A DNA stretch of 64,000 nt from NCBI GenBank assembly GCA_000320545.1, contig ADNK01002828.1:1-64000 (forward strand), given 5' to 3'. Source of the DNA: Bigelowiella natans CCMP2755. Its lineage: Eukaryota > Protista > Cercozoa. Position 1 is the first letter of the stretch. Each line of letters starts with the position of its first letter. Shown here one piece after another: positions 56,552-64,000 of the stretch. The notes below the pieces were generated by a model. That model had not been told where the DNA came from, did not search any database, and saw only the letters and a list, made by a program, of their open reading frames with translations. A program made the position numbers and the translations under genes.

Positions 56552-56866
56552 AGAGAACCTGGCAGCGATTAAGTCTGGCTTTCCTGGTCCCAAAGTACTT
56601 CGACTTTCATCGTGCACGAAGGCACCAACCTGATAATAATTGAAAATATGATGATGATGCAGGAAGAACAATCAATAATAATAAAGACCACAGCCGTGCT
56701 GCTTACGTTACTACATATCTGCTGGTGGTGATGGTGGGTATGTGCTGTCCTTCTAAGGGGAAGAGAGTATATAATTCATTTACAATATATCATGGTTTTC
56801 ACATGTACATGAAGAACATAACAATAACGTAGTAAAACATCCCGAGCACTACCAGATGAATCAATA

Positions 56867-56904
<38 letters not shown>

Positions 56905-58315
56905 TACATTTTTGTGGTGTTTTCACGTATGTGTTACGAGCATATTGTAAATTATATATTGTCTCCTCTTCCGAAGTACATTTATATTATATATTATAAT
57001 AGAATATTTATAATATGTATATTGTTTATGGCGTGCCTGTGTTTTCAAACTAAGACTAACATGCAAAATCTACAATCAATCGCCCCACCCTGCGCCCTTC
57101 CCCAAACATAAAGAATGAATTATGTAGAACCTGCTGTGGAGTGAGACGTTCAAACACCCCATCGCAAGCCAGTACCAAGAAGTCCTATGATCATGATGAT
57201 GATGATGATCATGATCATGATCATGATGATGATGATGATGATATAGTAGTAGTAGTAGTACCCCATGCTTGGCAAGAAATGATGAGACTTCTGGGGTTGC
57301 AACCACTGATTGCTCTGTGAGACGCTTCTCCTTCTAAATTGTGGTGTTAAAGGTTGATAGATAATTATTAGTTTGATTATGCTAATAGGTACAAACAAAC
57401 ATAACACATCATGCTTGCTAGAATGCTGCTGCCGCTGCTGTTATTATTATTGTTGTTGTTGCACGTTTTTCTTATGTCTTAGATCTCCAAAGGCCCGTGA
57501 GACAGCAAGATCACCTATTATTATCATCATCATATTATCATTATTATGACTTTCATTTGTATGTTGATTCTAGGTGAGAAAGATGGTCTGTTGGTATCAT
57601 GATGATGATTCTAGGTGAGAGAGATGGTCTGTTAATATCATGATGATGATGATGATGATAATGATAACGACATAATTTACCATTTACTCTATCCTTGAAT
57701 ACGTAGCCACCAGCCTGAATACAAAACAATATACAAAGAAGAAGATCATAGTCCTCCTCCTCCTCCTCCTTTAATATTTCTCTCTATCATTATTTCCTTG
57801 CTGAACCCCTTCTCTTATCAGAATCATAGGAAAAATACTAACTAACACGGCTAGGAGTGGTCGTCGTAAGAATATTGATATATTTATTACTCTACTACAT
57901 ACCTTGACGATTCTTAGCTGCTCTATATCACGGGTAGGTTTATGATCGATAGTTAACTCTTGGCATTCTCCGCTATTGTGAAATGTGAATATGGTGATAA
58001 ATTGTGGTTTTTCTCAATCATCATATTATTACCAACATTGACCCAATGTTATAATGAGTAGCGATTCTAGTTGTAGCAAGCACTAGCACCAACCTTGATC
58101 TTACTAAAAGAGCCTTCGAGTCTCCTACATTAGCTATTGTAATCCGAAACGAGGGGCTGTTACTGTCGTCATCGTCGTCATCGTGTTCTTCTTCTTCTTC
58201 TCTCTGCATACATATATTTGATCATTCAAAAATCAATTAGAATATGTCGTAGGTTAAACTCTTAAAAATGCTATTACGCAGTGATCATCAGTTCTGCTCT
58301 TTTTATATAATTGTA

Positions 58316-58361
<46 letters not shown>

Positions 58362-59867
58362 TAATATAAATATATTATCCATCCCCTCTCACCAACCCCT
58401 CCAACTACCCATAATATAATTATTACCTCAGGATTCTTGTTATTGTTGTTGTTGTTCTTCTTCTTCTTCTTGACATGTGTTGTAGTAGTAGTAGTTCCGG
58501 ATACGTTTGCTGCGTTGGGAGATTTTGGCGACCAAGACTGGGAACCCCTTTTATGCTGCTGCTGCTGCTGCATGCTTCCATCCTTACCACTCGAATAATA
58601 ATCACTACTAGTATTCCCTACACCTGCACTCGCTGTGGAGTGATGCTGCCCCCCCGTAAAACCAACCTAAATTCGATGACGATGACGACAATATCAACGG
58701 GAAGAAAGAGCAGTCATACGCTTGGTGCACCAACTGCTATTCAAAAGACTACTGATTATGGAGAATACTGCTACTGCTACTACTACTGACAATGGTTTTT
58801 ATTTTCTGAGTACCTGAGAGTGATCTATGATAGCCACTACTGCTGTCGATCCAGACTCACTGTTGGTGGTAACAATAATGTATGTGTGTTGTATTGGTAT
58901 CACCAATTAAGAAGAACGTGAACATCATTTCTTATTTTTTGTAACAAGGTAATTGTTGCAGGACCTACTACTACTACTGCTGATACTACCACTACCTCTG
59001 AAACGATGATTTTGGATCTACAAATCGTGCATCAAGCCGTTCCAATGCCTTGGTTAGGGCTTTGGGGTCGTGCGGATCCTGTAATGTCGTCGTGAAGTTG
59101 TGAGTGAGGTTGATTGGCGGCCATCAAGGGGGAGGAGGACGAGAAAGTACTTGACGACAGAATAACGAAGAATGAAGTGTCACTGAAACCTTCAATTCTG
59201 CAATTGCTGTTCCCATTTGTTTACGCAGGAATGCAGAGCAGTGAGATCCATTATGGCCATCATAGACTCCAAATAAAGATGTCTGAGTATATGGTAGTAT
59301 TTAATGTTGTTCGACGACTGCTACATATTATTATCTCTCAAATCACATATCATCATTGCACTTAAGGTAGAACTTGGTGGAGTAGTAGTAGCTTTAATAA
59401 TCGATATTAATATGTAGTGTCGTACCCCTGGAAGATCCGGGCAGAGGTCAAGTCTTATATGAATCTGACATCAGCATTATCATCTCTCCAATTAGAATGT
59501 AATGATATGTGCCAAATTGGTGTGCATAAGGCACCTCGTCCTCCATGCTTAAGCGCCATCCTTGCATCTCGGCACTTCCTACGCATAGAGAGCCTACACG
59601 AAGCATTTCATCCAAAATAGTGTATCAGATTAATGGAGAAGCTTGATGGGAATGAGTAGCATTTCATCCAAAATAGTGTATCAGATTAATGGAGAAGCTT
59701 GATTAGAAGTAGTAGTTGTTCAATGCTCAAATCGTAAGTCGGCACAAATTACTCGACGACGATTACAAAAGACGAGGACACTGTCACCCTATCTAAGCTC
59801 AACCGTTGTAAGTTGCAGTTCGCGCCAAGCTTTTGCTCATCAGAGGATATGGTAAACCCGCCCCCAT
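54349..59867 (-). CDS. Protein phosphatase 2C (PPM family) with N-terminal MG and C-terminal CCALQ (CaaX)
   Basis: Spliced: MGAGLPYP..., MQGWRLSMED, FGVYDGHNG, SGSTAVV, ANVGDSKA, DHKP, GDLAVSRAFGD, LACDGVF, GSKDNMSCL; last exon ...EALRIGSCCALQ, stop 54349 (terminal exon tentative). Confidence 0.92.
59602..59703. repeat. Near-tandem direct duplication of ~46 bp in a PP2C intron
   Basis: AGCATTTCATCCAAAATAGTGTATCAGATTAATGGAGAAGCTTGAT occurs at 59602 and 59658. Confidence 0.9.
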
Positions 59868-60607
59868 TATTTTTCACTTCAGGTAGGCAATTAAAGGGGC
59901 GGGAGGAATCGTATCAGAAGGCCGGTAGCTGGAGTGATCCTTAAGAAATGCGATTGGCACTCTATTTAAGTACTACGACAAACCATTTATTGGATCAAAT
60001 CTAGAAAATAAGAACAAATGCCTAAATTTAGTTAAAATAGCCACCCGAAGTCAAAATTTATACCAAATGTCCTTCTTTTTAGATGTTGTCATTATATAAG
60101 GCTAGTATACAATGGCATTTTTATTCGACGTCAATGATATTAGAAGACATTACGTTTGAATTGGCAGTGTTCCGTTATATAACCCATTTTGCATTTATTA
60201 TTCATTCGATTGGGGGGGGAGCTACTACTCGTACAAGCTTCTCACTCTGAAAGCAGAATTCCTCTGCTTCTAGCACCGAAAAAGTCATCCCTTGCTAAAT
60301 TTTATCCACGGGAAGAATTTCGTGATTTGGTTGAGCAGATAGATAGAGAACTGACTTCTTAAATTGTCTTCGTTATCAGACTGCCGATCGACGTGCGAAT
60401 TTAGTTCCTTCACACTGATTTTAGGCATAAATAGATTCAATACAAGATCTTTCCGTAAACAAAAAAGGAAACAAACGAAATCTCTTTGGCACACTGAGCA
60501 AGTAAAATTCCTAACTTTCTCAACAGGAGTTCACCTTTTCAGCTAATTTGTTGCATTTCAGGTTGCCCTAATCATTCGTTATCATTTAAATTTCCAGTGG
60601 AAAAAAA

Positions 60608-61427
60608 ATGGAAAATTTTGACACTGTAAGAAGATTATTGTCTTGATGATGTACTTGTATCTGTTGTAGATATAGCTAATACAATTACTATTATTTTGTT
60701 TTCCCCCTACAGAATATTTCCAAGGCCCTGCTGAGTGAACTTGAGGAGATTAAATCAAAAATCCTTAGAGCGGCCAAAAGGGTGATTTCCTTTCATTCGC
60801 TGCCGATTTATGTTGTGATCATTCGTGTGCTATGATGGCACAGGATTCGGCGTTGGGACAGCAAATCTCAACAGAAGATTGGCGAAGAATGAAGCAGGTG
60901 TGTGCAATTCGTCTTACAGAGACCGTCTTTTTGAGAATCCATTTGATCATCGACTTGAATTTAGATTAACGAAAAATTGGAGCATCTTGGATCGAGAGGG
61001 GGCTCGAGAGGCACATTAGCCAGGGACCGAAAACAGGTCATAAAGTCATTGAATATTTTCAACAATTTTAGTTTTCAAACTTTGTGAAATTCGTCAGAAA
61101 TCCCCATTATCAAGTGCTGGAGAATATTTGATGACTGGCGATATGGCACGAAAAACGACACCAAAACCTGTCTCCAGCGGAGAGCGCACCCGTGAGCAAG
61201 AGATACTTAAACATCAGAGCGTTGGGGAGGTCCTCCTTGAAGAGATAGTGTTTCAAGTTTGAGGGTTTTCTTACAATGATCAGGAACGATCTTTGACTAT
61301 GTTGTATCGTTGGTGTGTATAAATCGTAGCTCGAAAAACTTGCAAGAAGAGCACGGCCAGTGCCGACAATTGATTACCGTCCAGATGGGGAGTATCGAGC
61401 TGGAAGCACTCTAGATGTATGTGTGGA

Positions 61428-61464
<37 letters not shown>

Positions 61465-61506
61465 GTTGAGTAAATATGTTGAGTAATGTTGGGTAATTAT
61501 ATAAAT

Positions 61507-61560
<54 letters not shown>

Positions 61561-62632
61561 GCGAGAAACAACTTTATGCTTAATTATCAACTTTGTTTAC
61601 CATGGGTCAGGGCGTCCATCCTATCATGCAATATACTATGATCCAGGACACCCCTAATGGTCTGACATATATAACAACAACTTATGTTTTCTTTGTATAC
61701 CCGCAACCGAGGAGGGGGGGGAGAGCGGAAAACGCCATTGATTATGATTGTTACTTACAGTGGAAAAGAAGCTGTCCAGCATTGCAAGCTTCGTGCATAA
61801 TGTCTCTGCCCCAACTCACCCACATCTCGTGAAAGGTGGTGTACCATAATTTGGTTTTATGATTATCACCGCCATCGTATGTTACCATCATTGAAGTCTA
61901 CATCTATATTTCTCTCATGTATGCATGATTAATTATCAAGGCCGGGGAAGGATGAGATTAATGAGACCAAATCGAAATCCCATATTGGATGAACCACCAA
62001 AAAGACCTATAGGAAAGATGGTACTTCTTTCTACCATAAAGCAAACTGATATCCATAAAAATAATGCTACTTTCATTTGCAACTAAGTTCTAATATTATC
62101 CAGGTACGTGATATTCGACGTCGAAACCCAATACTAGATGGCGAGGAGCTCAATACTAAATTCACGAAAAAGATGATGGAGGTTAGTAAAGTTGAAGCAC
62201 TGCAAGTTCATTTCTAATTATTTTTCTGTATTTAGCCCAAAATTGTCCCACTTGAAGATAGAGAATTTAAACACGTGTTCACGAGGAAAATGGTAATTTG
62301 TCAAAATCAGTCCGTCAGCACATTATCATCTGCTCCCTATAACCAATCTCCAAGAGAGGTTCTTCCATGGATAACTTTGTTATATGATTGTTGTACATCC
62401 TAGGTTCCAAATCCATTCGCTCCGAAGAGAAATCCTATTATGGATTTTCAGCAAGGGCCTCCACCGGTAGTAGCTAGCAATTGCGACGTGGTAGAGTACG
62501 GTGGGAGATGTGATAAAAATTGATTATTATACGTTGTTTTCTCAACAGGAGCAGAGAAGGGAAAGAAAGAAAATAGATATGTGGTTTGATAAGAAGAAAC
62601 CAAAGAACCTACCCATAGGGATGCTCGGATAG
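60608..62632 (+). CDS. Uncharacterised basic protein with three RNPI[LM]D repeats (about 13 exons)
   Basis: Phase-consistent GT-AG exon chain MENFDT|NISKALLSELEEIK...|...RNPILDEPP...|...RNPILDGEE...|...|...RNPIMDFQQ...|...NLPIGMLG stop (62630-62632); start uncertain. Confidence 0.75.
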
Positions 62633-62899
62633 ATTGTAATTTATCATGCCGCATTAGACGATGCGGTAACAAACGTCCGCAACATCTCGAAAGCAATCGA
62701 GGATGCTAATAAAAGGACGTAAAGTGTACACCATCAAAATATGCAAAATGCATTGCTATGTATCATACATACACAAAACAAGTTTCTTTCGAATTATTAC
62801 GTTATCTCTGTTGTCCATGCATGCTGCAGCCAATAGACAACAAGGCTTCTATATTTCTCATGCACTACTTTGTGTATCGCATCGAAAACCAGAACAAGG

Positions 62900-64000
62900 T
62901 CTCTGATGTATACACGCACGCACACACATCGCACTCACACATACACACTCGTGTTGTGTTTGTGTGTGTGTGTGTGTGTTGCATCACACATGCGCATCTA
63001 GGCATAGCATGTCGCACGTCGATCGGTGTCTTTCGATGGTGCGTGCAACATGCGCCCAGCACGTATGTGTTTTGTTTTCGATTCGTTGCTCCTGCTACCC
63101 GCCCTCCATCTAGCCGCAACACCCTTACTTCGCCTTCATTCGTTGTGACACGCCCTCATACAAGCTGTGTTTTCTTTTCAGCATTGGCAGCGACATCACG
63201 CACATGCGTCTACACACGCAGCGACACACAATGGACGTGCTTGGTGATGTGACACACATTGCACACAACGTGTGCCGATGAAATGAAGAGTGCATTCACC
63301 TGGACACGCGACGTGCATTCATCTGCACACCTTTGCAGCGCGTGCGTGCTCGCTCTAGCGCCATCCATCGTTTTTCTACGAGCGTAGTGCATCATGGCAT
63401 GTGTCATTTTATTTGTTCACACGTGCATGCATGCGCTGTCGTCACGCGGTGCTAGCGCTAGAGCGGTGACCATGTCTGGCGGAGGTGGGCATGCGCTGAT
63501 CACTGCTAGATCAGATCACCAGCTAGATCAAGACGTGCAGACATGTTCCAGAAAATGTGAATGCGCCATGCCGCCAATCAAGCAATGCACGTGTGTCTGC
63601 TGCATGCGTGCCAGCGTGGATCACAGCAGGAGCGAGGGTTCATTCCTTGATTCCATCTGCTCGCACAATTGACGATGGTTGTAGTGCCATGATGATGTGT
63701 CTATTATCATGGCACACTTGATCATGATCGAGTCTGCTCGCTGCGAGGCCACGCTCTGGCGCCGTGCTTGTCACAGCGCTGAAGCGCTAGACTAGCAGAG
63801 CGTGTCGCCGCAACTGGGCAAATGTAATTCGTCACACAATGGACACAGCACATGCTGTGTTGCACACATCACAGGTGCGTGTGTCTGTGGTCACAGCTGT
63901 GCATGACAATGGACGTGCACAGTGCGAGATGATGCGCATTTGTTTGTCGTCGTGACATCGCAACAACTGATTCCTTGTTGGTCTTCTAGCTGGGAGTCCA
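62900..64000. other. TpA-poor, CTAG-retaining region 3 (partial depletion, runs to the window end)
   Basis: TG/CA/CG-rich, long TA-free stretches (e.g. ~63535-63680), and many of the surviving TA are in CTAG. Confidence 0.75.

Larger units (their letters stand above)
400..58800. repeat. Pervasive intronic microsatellites: (CAT/ATG)n, (TAC/GTA)n, (CA/TG)n, (TA)n, (GA/TC)n, (AAG/CTT)n, (CAG/CTG)n, (AAC/GTT)n
   Basis: Very many short tracts, almost all between spliceable exons of the large genes. Confidence 0.95.

Noticed and set aside
255-58800. Numerous poly-His/Ser/Tyr/Asp/Val/HT ORFs in the six-frame track
   Set aside because: They are translations of intronic microsatellites lying between exons of recognisable genes.
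1-64000. tRNA/rRNA genes or an intact transposon
   Set aside because: None recognisable by eye; tRNAscan-SE, Rfam and RepeatModeler would be needed to exclude them.

Overview
Eukaryotic nuclear DNA with very intron-rich genes: short GT-AG exons separated by microsatellite-filled introns, so most ORFs in the supplied track are spurious. By splicing exons by hand I recover ten protein-coding genes: an M1 aminopeptidase (runs to the left edge); a zinc-finger/CDC123-R2K-type ATP-grasp protein head-to-head with it; a GRK-like AGC kinase with DFD instead of DFG; a long type II membrane GH47 alpha-1,2-mannosidase gene that also encodes a coiled coil, a chromo-barrel-like domain and a WSC domain; a peptide deformylase with a signal-plus-transit-like leader; a PIBF1/CEP90 homologue; a small Lys-rich protein; an SLC17-type MFS transporter; a PP2C phosphatase; and an unknown RNPI-repeat protein. 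The bipartite leader and intron style suggest a secondary-plastid alga, possibly a chlorarachniophyte (inference only). The most striking unexplained signal is in intergenic DNA. Sharply bounded islands have lost nearly every TpA dinucleotide except inside CTAG. One island holds a (TTAGGG)n-like array reading TCAGGG/TTGGGG and apparently decayed exons, which points to a targeted TpA>TpG/CpA hypermutation process (RIP-like, but acting on A:T pairs). Exon boundaries and dinucleotide counts are manual and need computational confirmation.
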